A DNA stretch of 64,000 bases from Eledone cirrhosa (Eukaryota), in contig OZ024760.1 in assembly GCA_964016885.1 (NCBI GenBank), positions 19,902,001 to 19,966,000 on the forward strand, written 5' to 3'. Below the pieces are notes generated by a model, which did not search any database, was not told the origin of the DNA, and saw nothing but the letters and a program-made list of their open reading frames with translations. Each line of letters opens with the position of its first letter. Position 1 is the stretch's first letter. Shown piece after piece: positions 27,184-40,198 of the stretch. The position numbers were made by a program, and so were the translations under genes.

Positions 27184-27553
27184 CATTTCATTCATTTCAT
27201 TTTACATCCGCTTTTCCCCTGCTTGCAAGGGTGGGACGGGAACTGATTCTGGCTTGATTTCTACAGCTGGATGCCCTTCCTAACACCAACCTCATTTACA
27301 GTGAGTGCTGGGTGCTTTTTTGCCGTGGCGCCTACACGTCCACTTTGCAGTGGAATAATAGGGACCCCAGTCCCTATCATTGAGAAGATAGGGACTGGGG
27401 TCCCTATCTTCTCATTTCTACAGCTGAGTAAACTGGAGCAATGTGAAATAAAGTGTCTTGCTCAAGGAAACAACACATCACCCGGTCTGAGAATTGAACT
27501 CACAACCTTTCGATTGCAAGGCCAATGCTCTAACCACTAAGCCATGTGCCTCC
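27184..27553 (-). mobile_element. SINE family 2 inserted in a TTAA MITE
   Basis: Near-identical to 43384-43716, with an extra inverted duplication at about 27356-27412. Confidence 0.88.
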
Positions 27554-28618
27554 AAATATAATTATATATATAGAATAATGTAAATACTAATGGCTGTATT
27601 CGGCCAGAATTCTCTCACCTCTTTCTGTTCAAACCGGCCTTAACTGGCCACTCATACTGATGTTAAGGTATTGTTCTCAATATAAATAATATCAAAATCT
27701 CATAGATTTTATATTATGTGAGATATTATATGAGATAAAGCCTTTACTGTGAAAATATAATAGCATATATAGAGTAATGTAAATACTAAAGGGTTATGGT
27801 AAAATGGTTTCGTGACCAGCTTGCAGTGTGTTAACCATTTTGTTGCCATATTTCACTTCATTTGTGTATATATAAACCATGCTAGCATGGAAAAAAGGAC
27901 GTTAAACAGTGTTGATGATGATGAGGATATATACACACACATATATATACTCACATATATATATATATATACACACGCATATATATACTCATATATATAT
28001 ATATACCCACACACACACGTATATATATAATTTTAATTATTTAGTTGACATGTAAATAAGAAAAATGTTTCCTTTCGAAAACAAAACTATTTCTGTTGTC
28101 TTTTGTTGTTTGTTTTTACCTTTTGTTTTCATTCCTTAATTAGAAAAAATAAATAGAAATTAATTTCTTTTACTATATTTACCATTATTTAATTACAAAA
28201 AAAAAAAAAAAGAATTTCAAAAATTGTTTTTGTCAATTTTCATGATTTATTTGCAAAAATAAATAAATATATACAAATAAATTTATTTTAATTTTTTTTA
28301 TACATTTCATTATTTAATTGCAATAAATAAATAAGTAAATAAATAAAATGAAATAAATAAATAAAGTAAAATAAAATAAAATAAATAAATAAATAAGTGA
28401 ATAAATAAAATAATAAACAAACTAAAATAATAAATAAATGTTAAAATAGAATTAAGAAAATAAGTTTTTGTAGAAATTTTAGCCAGAAAACTGAAAAATT
28501 GAACAAAAGTTGCCAATTTTATTTTTTTTTTTTTTAAATTTTCTCTCTATTTCGAAATCTCTTTGATTAAATTGAAACAAGTAACTTCAAGCATTCTCAC
28601 CTTAAGGCTAACCCCCCC

Positions 28619-28650
<32 letters not shown>

Positions 28651-30104
28651 TTCTCTCTGTCTGTCTCTCTCTCTCCCTCACTCTCACCCCCCTCTCTCCC
28701 CCTCACTCTCACCGCCTCTCTCTCTTCCCCTACTTCTGTATTCCTTTCAGATAATACCGTTGTTAAAATAACAGAGGGTTTATTTTGTGTTTTTTTTTTC
28801 TAAATTTCTAAATAATTAAAGTAATTACAAATCTCTCAGTTTAGATAAATAACCCCCCACCCACCCCACACACACACACCACCACCACCACGCCCTTCGC
28901 CCAGAGCCCATCACCCCCCCCTCCTTCCATTCTTCTGTGACCCTAAAGCTCTTATTTCTTCCCTTCCTTATCCATTTTTTAAAAATATTTCTAGTGTTTT
29001 TCTAATTATTTCATCGCCATCCATTCATACTCAATAAATATCCACAGGAACATTCTCAAAGTTTTTATTCTTCTAGTCTTTATTTATTTATTTATATTCC
29101 GTCTTCCTTCTTTACCAAAAATTTCTTCTTTTTTTCTTTTTTTTCTTTTTTTTTTTCTTTTTCTTTCCATTTTGCTTGAGTTTTTTTTTTTTCTTTTTTT
29201 TCTTTCATGAAATTTCTTAGATTTAATTTCATAATTGAAATTTAATATTGTAAATTACAATGAGATTTTTTTGATAGGATAAATGCCCTGATCTTTTGTG
29301 GGTTCTATAATTTCAGAGTGGGAGTTGAGGAAGAGAGGGGGAAGAAGGATTGACAGATCTTATACTATTTAATGTCTTACAATTCCTGTATTCTGAGTGC
29401 AATTCCCACCAGAGGAGTGATTTTATTTTTTCCTTTCATCCTTCAAGGGTTGATAAAATGATACCAGATATATACTAGGGTTGATTAAAGGCTTAATCAG
29501 TAAATTCTCTATTTACCAGTACCAAATAAGATGTTGGAATGTAAATGACACCACCTATTAGAGTTGAACCACGTATCTAACTTCATTACCAATTACACCA
29601 ATGTGGTACTGAATGACCTCAACTGTCAAATTAGTATCCATAAATATGTTGAAATGTAAATGAGATTCCCTATGGGAGTTTAACCATGTATCTGACTGAA
29701 TTAACAATTTACCAGTGTGACACTGAAAGTATTTTGCTCAAGAACACGGAGCCTAGTCCAGGAATCGAACCCACAATGTTAGAATTGTAAGTCCAACACC
29801 CTTACCACTGGGACACATACCTCCACACCTGTACAGACGGAGACTGGGTTTTTTTGTTATGGCAATTATCACCCTAATGATTTTTAGTTATTTAGGCACA
29901 AGGCCAACAATTTAGAGGAAGGGGGGGAAAGTTGATTTTATTGACCTCAGGGGTGTGAAAGGGAAAGTTGACCTCAGCAGGATTGGAACCCAGAATGGAG
30001 AAGGCTGTAAAGATATGTTGCTGTTGTTGTTACAGCTCACACCTATGTAGGTATAGCCAGCCCCCTCCGAGGTATATCTCGTTGGAGGTATCTTGGGTGT
30101 TCTA

Positions 30105-30273
30105 ATGATAGGGACCCCCAGTCTCTATCATCTCATTTCTACAGCTGAGTAAACTGGAGCAATGTGAAATAAAGTGTCTTGCTCAAAGAAACAACACATC
30201 ACCCGGTCTGAGAATTGAACTCACAACCTTTCGATTGCAAGGCCAATGCTCTAACCACTAAGCCATCTGCCTT
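30105..30273 (-). mobile_element. SINE family 2, 5' half
   Basis: gatagggacccccagtctctatc..ctaaccactaagccat. Confidence 0.8.
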
Positions 30274-31133
30274 CACTGTTAAGATATACTGCAATTTGAT
30301 AAACCAACAAGTTGCCAACCCACCACCCTCATGTTGATGATGATGATGTTGATAATCTATATATATAAGAGCGCTATCTCTCCGTCCTTTGTCACATTCC
30401 CTCTATATAGAGAGGGGGGGGAGTGCCAAGTGAAAGAGATGTACATAGAGAGAGGGGAGGGGGAATGTTGTTTGTTTAGAGAGAGGGAGGAGAGTGTCAG
30501 ACAGAAAGAAGGAGTTGTGTGTGTGCATGTGTGTGTCTGTGGGTGTATATAATGTGTATATATGTGTGTGTCTGTGGGTGTATATAATGTGTATATATGT
30601 ATGTATCTGTGTGTGTATATAATGTGTATATATGTAATGTATATATCTTTGTCTCTGTGTGTGTGTATATAATGTGTAATATATATATATATATATGTAT
30701 GTGTCTGTGTGTGTGTGTGTGTATATATGTAATGTGTATAAGTATGTATGTCTGTGTGTGTGTATATAATGTGTAATATATATATATATATATATATGTA
30801 TGTGTCTGTGTGTGTGTGTGTATATATGTAATGTGTATAAGTATGTATGTCTGTGTGTGTGTATATATGTGTAATATATATATATGTGTGTATGTCTGTG
30901 TGTGTGTATATATATGTAATGTGTATAAGTATGTATGTCTGTGTATGTGTGTATATATGTGTAATATATATATATATATATGTATGTGTCTGTGTGTGTA
31001 TATATGTAATGTGTATAAGTATGTATGTCTGTGTGTGTATATATATATATATATATGTATGTGTCTGTGTGTGTATATATATGTAATATATATATATATA
31101 TATATATGTATGTGTCTGTGTGTATATAATGTG

Positions 31134-31167
<34 letters not shown>

Positions 31168-31399
31168 CTGTGTGTGTGTGTGTATATATGTAATGTGTAT
31201 AAGTATGTATGTCTGTGTGTGTGTGTAATATATATATATATATGTGTGTGTGTATATATGTGTAATATGTATATATGTGTGTGTGTATGTACCAACCTGC
31301 TTTGACGTCACAGCAGTATATAAAGAACCAGGTGAAGCTAAGGTGAATATTCCATTTATTGCTCATTCTTTCCACCCACATGGATGTGTGTCTGTGTAT

Positions 31400-31406
31400 A
31401 TAGACA

Positions 31407-31442
<36 letters not shown>

Positions 31443-31452
31443 TGTATGGGTG

Positions 31453-31486
<34 letters not shown>

Positions 31487-31535
31487 ATATATATTAGATA
31501 GATACTGTATGGGTATATATATATATACTGTATGG

Positions 31536-31576
<41 letters not shown>

Positions 31577-31935
31577 TACTGTATGGGTGTATATAATAAT
31601 ATATATAATATAGATACTGTATGGGTGTATAATATATATATAGATACTGTATGGGTGTATATATATATATATATATATATATAGATACTGTATGGGTGTA
31701 TATATATATATATATATATAGATACTGTATGGGTATATATATATATATAGATAGATACTGTATGGGTGTATATATATATATATATATAGACACTGTATGG
31801 GTGTATATATATATATTATATATATAAGATACTGTATGGTGTATATATATATATATATCTATATATATATATATAGATAGATACTGTATGGGTGTATATA
31901 TACTATATCTATAGATAGATACTGTATGGGTGTAA
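31400..31935. repeat. Compound repeat gatactgtatgggtg(ta)n
   Basis: Repeated anchor within (TA)n. Confidence 0.85.
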
Positions 31936-32364
31936 TAATATATATGTATATTAAGATCTATATATATATGTATATTAAGATTATATATATATTATATATA
32001 TAGAGAGAGAGAGAGACGAGAGCGAGAGAAACTCTCGCTCGCTCTGCTAGCTCTCTCGCTCGAGAGACGATCTATTATTGATGAACTGACTGATTGTTGC
32101 TTCTGTTTCCACCAAGTTTGTTTCTTTAAGGAATATAAATGCACAAATTAATCCTCTGGCAACAATAATATATTAATTATAACTAAATAAAACAGAATTT
32201 TCATTCTTATTCTCTACACTTGCTTTATATATTTCTATTTCAATAGTTTCTATTACATTTTATCTTTGCTTCTGATGATTGAGATTCATATAGAAATATA
32301 TACTTTATTATGAATTATGCTGTGTTAGTGGAGAAAAAAATGAATTGAAAATTCCAATATGGGC

Positions 32365-32597
32365 ATATCTCAGGAAAGAATCACTGGACAGATTTATAGC
32401 TCAGAGATCAGAAAGTCACTCCCGGTAGAGCTACTACTTCTCTGAATTGAGAGATCACAGCTCTGATACTACAGACATGTGGTTAGAATGTCTCAGGAAA
32501 GAATCACTGGATTGAGAGATCACAGCTGTGGTACTACAGGCATGTGGTTAGAATGTCTCAGGAAGGAATCACTGGATTGAGAGATCACAGCTCTGAT
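32365..32597. repeat. 65-bp tandem repeat running into the assembly gap
   Basis: tctcaggaa(a/g)gaatcactgga recurs at about 32368, 32491 and 32556. Confidence 0.75.
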
Positions 32598-32797
32598 NNN
32601 NNNNNNNNNNNNNNNNNNNNNNNNNNNNNNNNNNNNNNNNNNNNNNNNNNNNNNNNNNNNNNNNNNNNNNNNNNNNNNNNNNNNNNNNNNNNNNNNNNNN
32701 NNNNNNNNNNNNNNNNNNNNNNNNNNNNNNNNNNNNNNNNNNNNNNNNNNNNNNNNNNNNNNNNNNNNNNNNNNNNNNNNNNNNNNNNNNNNNNNNN
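32598..32797. other. Assembly gap (200 N)
   Basis: N run. Confidence 1.
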
Positions 32798-33073
32798 GCT
32801 TCACTGGGATGCTCAATCTTGGCTTGGCAGCCGTTGAGAATGGAGCTCCCGTTGAATGCTACCGCCAAGTACGAATTTTGCGCAGTTATTATATATGAAG
32901 GCAATCCCAAAAGTAAGGTCTCCTTCCGAGGAAAACATGCGTAAAGATCGGCGGATCGCTCTGGATGCTCTCTGCATTTTGGTTCTTGAGGTTTCCCGAA
33001 GCACCATCCACAGGATTTTAACGGAAAAGTTGCAATATCGGAAGGAGACTTTACTTTTGGGATTGCCCTCATA
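32798..33073 (+). mobile_element. Rearranged mariner relic with TIRs at 32894-32929 and 33038-33073
   Basis: TA-flanked inverted repeats tgaaggcaatcccaaaagtaaggtctcc and ggagactttacttttgggattgccctca enclose DRRIALDAL..VSRSTIHRILTEKLQYRK (mariner HTH). Upstream MELPLNATAKYE..AVI resembles a mariner N-terminus. Confidence 0.75.
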
Positions 33074-33211
33074 TATACGCATGTGTATGTATGTCTGTTT
33101 ATGTATATATGTGTAGTGTATATATGTTTGTAAATACATGTGTAGTGTATATATGTTTGTAAATACAGACACACATACACATACACATATATATAGATAT
33201 AGATATATGTA

Positions 33212-33270
33212 CAGAATTAGCCGTCGAAACGGCTTGAGCTCAGCCGTCGGGGTCTTACTTGTTCCTATTA
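33212..33270 (+). mobile_element. Half-hammerhead fragment (GAAA, stem III, GUC) in a (TA)/(TAGA) tract
   Basis: agaattagccgtc-GAAA-cggct-tgagctc-agccg-TC-ggggtcttacttgttcctatta, the same family as 10818-10990. Confidence 0.5.
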
Positions 33271-36176
33271 GATATAGATATATATATACATCGAAAGAAA
33301 AATTACATTCTGTGTTCACATCAACTCATTTTTCTCACCCCAATCTCACACAGTCTCTCTCACACATAAACACACACTCATATGTATGTATAGTGTGTAT
33401 ATATATTTTCCTGTTCAATTAACTACGTTTCTCTGTATACTTTATACATTAAAATCTTTATATTCCTTTTCTGCTATTCACTACAACTAGAATTATATCC
33501 ACCTCCATAATCACTATCTATACACTATTTACACAACTTTCTATCAACATTATAATGTATTCCTTGTGTAACAAAACACGCCTGAAACTGGACGGTATCT
33601 CAAAATCTTTCTATTTCCATATAAAAATATTGATCTCAATCAATCGCTCATCACCAGATAGATACATAATTCAATATTTGTTTATATTTTTATTTGTTGT
33701 TGTTGTTTCTTTCAAACTTGGTTTATCCTATTTAACTCTTTTGCTATCTAACTGCTTAAAATCTCCATGATTCGATGATGCCTGACAGTTTTTGTTAAAG
33801 TGTTTGTATTTATCTAAAAACCTTCCATCATAATCTACAATATAATAAGGGGAGGAGTGTGGGACTGTGTCCTGAATATATTTTTTGTATCCCGTTAGTA
33901 AAATATGTTGGATTACTTTGAAGAAATGAATAACTATTACATAATTTATCTACTAAATTTCGTAGCTGTTGATTAAACATAAATATTCTTATATATAATG
34001 ATTGCTTATTTTAAGATTCACTTCTTTTAAAATTTTCAAATGTCTACACTTCCAGTTAGTGTCGATTATATCTTAACACTTATTACATCACTTATGTAAA
34101 CATTCATATATTTGCATCGTTATATAAGGTTTATATTCCTGTCACTAATTTTCTTCTTTTTTGTTTTCATAAAATGTTGCCGCACTGCAGTTTATATATA
34201 ATATCGTCTTTTTTAAATATATCATGGATTACTTTACTGATTACAGAAGACAGTGTAACACAGTCTCTTCAATTTCTGTGCATATTGTCAATTACGATTT
34301 TATTTGACATATCATATCTACATGCATGTATATTTGCGTATCAATATACACACTACACAGGCTAGCAGAAAACCATCCAAAGGGTGGTTTTTCTGCTAGT
34401 TTTATGTAAAAACCTTTGTTAAGTTATATTCCAAACACCAACTTAATAATGAGGAAGTCTGATATATAACTAAATCCCTTCAAAAATCTTGATTATTTTC
34501 AAAATTATTTTTTAAAAACTGACAAGCTGTGTGTTACATTAGAAATATGGTAATGAAAGGGTTAAAGTGTTTATATTTATCTAAAAACTTTCCATCATAA
34601 TTTTATGTGGAAGAACATTTATGTTGTAAATATCAACTAAATATTGAGAAAATTATTTTATTAAATCCTTTGAAATTCTTGATTAATTTCAAAATTATTT
34701 TTAAAAAACTATGAGCAAGTGTCTTATATTAAAAAACATGTTAATCATCATCATCATCACCGTAACTAGCCATTCATATAATATCAAAATCTCATAGATT
34801 TGATATTATGTGAGGTAATCATGTGAGGTAAAGCCTTAACTGTGAAAATATAACAGTAAATATAGAGTAATGTAAAATACTAAAGGGTTAAAGTGTTTAT
34901 ATTTATCTAAAACCCTTTCCATCATAATTTTATGTAAGAATCTTTATTAAATTTCATTCTAAATACCAGCTAAATAATGAGAAAGTTATATTACTAAATC
35001 TCTTTAAAAATCTTGATTATTTTCAAGATTATTTAAAAATCATAGGCAGTCTTTTATAAGAAATATGGTAAGAAAAGAGATAAAAGAAAATAAATTCTTA
35101 TGATGTCAGCAGAAAGTGGTTAGCTATGATTGGAACTCTGTAAACCAATAAATGGATAAACAGAAGCAATGAACCAATAATTCAATACTAAATAGATTAC
35201 ATAATAGTAATCCTATTGATAAATATTGGGGGTGGAGTGATGTGGAGGTGGGTGATAGTGATGGTAAGGGTGGTGGTGGTGGTGGTAGGGTTAACTAAGT
35301 AATTTTTATTGTTGCTTTATCTTGAGTTTGAATAATAAGGATGGTGATAATGATGGTGGTGGTGGAGGGGTGATGGTGGTGGTGGTGGTGGTGAGGGTGG
35401 CGGTGGTGAGGGCAATTGTGGGGGTGGGTGTAAATATGGTGGTTGATGGTGGCGGTGGTGATGGGCGATGGTAGGGTGGGGGTGGGGGTGATAGTGGTGG
35501 TGGTGGGTGATGCTGATAATGATGGTAGCAGTGGTGGGGATGGTGGCAGCGATGGTGGTGATGAAATAGAAGGCAAGGAAGGAAGAAAGAGAGGAAGGAG
35601 AAATATTATAACTACTACTACTACTACTGGTGTTGTTGTTGTTGTTGCTACTACTACTACTAATAGTAATAAAAATAATATCAACTGTCGAGAGAGAAGA
35701 AGAAGAATACCAACAACAACAACAACAACTATTTCAAAAACTACCAAGAATTTTATTCCAGAAGAGATTCAGTGGAATATGAAGGAATTGGTAACAATAT
35801 AAGACAAAGCCAATAAAGGGGCCTCCTGGGGCCTTACTAATGTGTAGAATTAAAGGTGAAGATGGTAATTATGTAGAGATAGGGGTCATGTTGATAGGGG
35901 TCATGTTGAAGTTTCCTACAGTAATCTTAAATCACAAAGGATTTCAGATTGAAAACACACATTATTGTTAACTAACCCATATATACTTTCATATATATAT
36001 ATATATTTATAAATGTATATATATATATATATATATATACATTTATAAATGTATATATATATATATATATTTATAAATGTATATATAAATATATATATAT
36101 ATATTTATAAATGTATATATATATATATTTATAAATGTATATATATATATATATATATTTATAAATGTATATATAT

Positions 36177-36570
36177 ATACGATATTAACAAATGGAAACT
36201 ATATTTATAAAACCATATTTATTTCATTATACATATTTCAAGGACACCAAGTTAAATTATGGCGTGCTTTCATCAGATAAAATATAATATAGAGCAGTTT
36301 TATAATTAAATATTGACATACCCTTAAAGAATGCAACCAAGGGTATGTCAATATTTATTTATAAAACTGCTCTATATTATATTTTATCTGATGAAAGCAC
36401 ACCATAATTTAACTTGGTGTCCTTGAAATATGTATAATGAAATAAATATGGTTTTATAAATATAGTTTCCATTTGTTAATATCGTATTTTTACTCCAATT
36501 ATTTGTTGAGTGCTTTATATCAGTTATAAAAATATTTGCTTGTTGTATCCCAACAATTTAAATAGAAATT

Positions 36571-36574
<4 letters not shown>
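36177..36574. mobile_element. Fold-back hammerhead element (Penelope-like pLTR type): arms 36177-36325 and 36339-36487, tail 36488-36574
   Basis: Near-perfect inverted repeat of about 149 bp in (TA)n, with a hammerhead motif in each arm. Confidence 0.85.
36380..36444 (+). ncRNA. Type I hammerhead ribozyme motif
   Basis: tattttat-CTGATGA(36388-94)-aag.acacca[loop]tggtgt.ctt-GAAA(36425-28)-tatgt-ATA/atgaaata. A mirror copy lies on the minus strand at 36220-36284. Confidence 0.8.
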
Positions 36575-36605
<31 letters not shown>

Positions 36606-36606
36606 A

Positions 36607-36655
<49 letters not shown>

Positions 36656-36752
36656 AGCAGGGAAAAGCGGTTGTAAAATGATGATGATGATGATGATATA
36701 TATTTGTAGTAAGGTTGCTTGGATGCGTCCATAGGTGGTATGCCAGTTTTCC

Positions 36753-36812
<60 letters not shown>

Positions 36813-36952
36813 TGTATGTACTTATGTATATGTGTTTGTATATATGTGTGTATATATATATATGTATATGAATGTGTGTGTGTATATATGTGTATGTATA
36901 TATTTATGTATATATGTATGTATATATACATATATATTTATGTATATGTATT

Positions 36953-36985
<33 letters not shown>

Positions 36986-37288
36986 GTGCGTGTGTGTGTA
37001 TATATGTATGTATATATTTATGTATGTGCGTGTGTGTGTATATGTATGTATATATTTATATATGTGCGTGTGTGTGTATATGTACGTATATATTTATGTA
37101 TATATGTGTGTGTGTATATATATGTGTATGTATGTATATATTTGTGTATGTGTATGATTGTTTGCAAGTGTGTGTGTATAACTATGCATGTGTGGTTCTG
37201 TTCTCCTTAGTTGAACACATTATCTTCCCTACAGTGAAGCTCATTCTTAGTAGTAGTGGTGGTAGTAGTAGTGGTAGTGGTGGTGGTA

Positions 37289-37335
<47 letters not shown>

Positions 37336-37571
37336 GGTGGTGGTAGTAGTAGTAGTAATAGTAGTAGTAGTAGTGGTAGTGGTGGTGGTGATGGTAATGG
37401 TAATAGTGGTGGTGGTAGTAGTGGTGATAGTAATATAAGTTAAGGAAAGAGGGAGGGAGAGATGGAGAAGGGTTATGTACAGAGATGGGGAAAAGATAGT
37501 GAGACATAGAGAGGAAGTGATATACACATATAAATAGAGAAAGAACTAGATAGATAGAGAGAGAGAGGGAA

Positions 37572-37602
<31 letters not shown>

Positions 37603-37742
37603 TAGGGAAAGAACTAGATAGATAGAGAGAGAGAGAGAGGGAAAGAGATAGATAGATAGAGAGAGAGAGGGAAAGAGCTAGATAGATAGAGAGAGAGAGA
37701 GAGAGAGGGAAAGAGATAGATAGAGAGAGAGAGGGAAAGAGC

Positions 37743-37782
<40 letters not shown>

Positions 37783-38291
37783 AAGAGATAGATAGAGAGA
37801 GAGAGGGAAAGAGCTAGATAGATAGAGAGAGAGGGAAAGAGATAGATAGATAGAGAGAGAGAGAGGGAAAGAGATAGATAGGTAGAGGGAAAGAGCTAGA
37901 TAGTTAGAGAGAAAGAACTAGATAGATAGAGAGAGAGAGGGAAAGAGCTAGATAGATAGAGAGAGAGAGAAAGAGTTGGGGAAGGGTTATGTGTATGTAA
38001 AGAGATGAGAGAAAGATAGAGAAAAATAGCGAGAGATAGAGAGGGAGAGAGAGAGAGAGAGATGACAAAAGAATATATACATATAAATGGGGAGAAAGAG
38101 AGAGAGAAAGAAATAGAGAGGGGGAGAGAGAGGATGAGGGATTGGTAGTTGGAAGATTCTGACATCCAGTAATCCCGGATTTACCAAATATCCTTCTGTA
38201 ACCTTTTCATGACCTTGAGGTTTATAACAATGAATATCTAAATATGTAGAGGTTATTCCAGTATATATGCACACACACACACACATATATG

Positions 38292-38322
<31 letters not shown>

Positions 38323-38326
38323 ATGT

Positions 38327-38721
38327 GTGTAGTACATAACTGATAAGTTTTTAAAAGCCAGTTCAATGTGGTAGAAAATATGAAGAGCAAATGATGGTAG
38401 ATGAAACAAAACAAAGTACAGTAATGTTTTTCCCTTGATATTTCGGGACTAAAACCCTCTCTTCAGATATGGGGCTGAAACAGTCCAAGTAAAACAAACT
38501 ATTTCAGTATTCTTCTCAAAGGACCAGTTCGAGAAGAAAACTCTAATCGTTTGTTTTGTCTAAGACTGTTTCATCTTCACATCTGAAAAGAGGGTTAGCC
38601 CTGAAATATCAAGGGCAAAACGTTACTGTACTCTGTTTTGTTTCATTTACCATCATTTGCCCTTTATATATTTCTACCACATTGTACCAGCTTTCGGAAA
38701 CTTATCAGTCATTTGCTACAT
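38327..38721. mobile_element. Older, diverged fold-back element with a degenerate minimal hammerhead
   Basis: Imperfect inverted repeat, 38327-38517 and 38531-38721. Minus arm reads CTGAAGA-gaggg..ccc-GAAA-TATC and plus arm reads CTGAAAA-gagggttagccct-GAAA-TATC. Confidence 0.6.
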
Positions 38722-38837
38722 ATCCCAGCATGCTTTGTATTAACTACAATCATCATCATCATCATCATCATTCTTTTAACATCTGCTTACCCTGCTTGCA
38801 AGGGGTTTGATATATATATATATATATATATATATAT

Positions 38838-39201
38838 CTAGAGCGGGTAAAATTCCCGAGATCCATGGACGAGTTCTCTCCAGCGGTCTATGTCCCTCAT
38901 TATCGCTGCCATGTCCTGCATCTCCAAGAGACCAGTGTCTGTACTTAGGGCATCAACATATGTTAACCTTGGTTGGTCTTCCTCTTCCAGTGTGTCCATG
39001 CAGGGGCTCCCACAGGAGCACTGAGTGCAGTGTCAACTCTGGATGTCGTTGAGCATGTCCAGCTAACCTCAGTCTCCTCTGTGCAACTCTCGAGATGACT
39101 TTAGGGAGGCTCCCGTACAGCTCTGAGTTCTTCATCCTCAGTGTGTACTGATTAATGTTCAGAGCCATCCTCAGCATTCTTGTGTAGCACCCATCCACCA
39201 T
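38838..39201 (-). mobile_element. 3' fragment of RTE-like LINE family B
   Basis: MVDGCYTRMLRMALNINQY..RRLRLAGHAQRHPE, homologous to 9798-10160. Confidence 0.9.
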
Positions 39202-39205
39202 CAGA

Positions 39206-39257
39206 GCATTTCCTGATGATTTCCTTTGAATGAAACAGTTCTAGTCCTGTAGAAGCC
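39206..39257 (+). ncRNA. Candidate type I hammerhead motif
   Basis: tttc-CTGATGA(39213-19)-t-ttc[cttt]gaa-t-GAAA(39232-35)-cag[ttctagtc]ctG-TA/gaag. Confidence 0.5.
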
Positions 39258-39498
39258 ATATATATATATATATATATGTCATTATATTGTGCTCTTCTCT
39301 CCAGTTGTTTGACCATTGGATATTTGTTCAAATCCTGCTGGAATCCACTTTGCTTGTCGTTCTTTCATAACAAGAAATTACCACCATCATCATCATCATC
39401 ACCATCATCACCATCATCACCATCACCACCATCATCATCATCATCTCCATCATCAACCATCACTACCATCATTATCATCATCATCATCAGTAAATGGC

Positions 39499-39566
<68 letters not shown>

Positions 39567-39720
39567 ATGTATGTATGTATGTATGTGTATGTGGTGTTGG
39601 TTGTCAGCCAATCAGTGAAGAGAAGCAGTGTCGTAGAGTGTCATAAACAACTGTAGAATCACGACAACCAATCAATGTCTCTTTGAAGTCTCTGCTGGAT
39701 TAATTTATGCATGAACAGAC

Positions 39721-39793
<73 letters not shown>

Positions 39794-39796
39794 TAC

Positions 39797-39835
<39 letters not shown>

Positions 39836-40134
39836 TATATATATATATATATATGTGTGTGTGTATATATATATTGTGTGTGTATGAGTGTGTGTATAAT
39901 AAACTGAAGTATGGAAATGTAGAACCGTCTTTTCGTATACATATATATATTTATATATATATATATACATACATATATATATATATTTATATATATATAT
40001 ATACATACATATATATATATATTTTTATATATATATATATACATACATATATATATACACCTTCATCCGTCTGCGACAGCCAATCATTGTGCAGTGTATA
40101 TGTGATGTCACAGCTACATGTGTATATATATATT

Positions 40135-40198
<64 letters not shown>

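Noticed and set aside
32265-32310. CTGATGA...GAAA spacing resembling a hammerhead
   Set aside because: No convincing stems, and it lies in noisy sequence near the gap.
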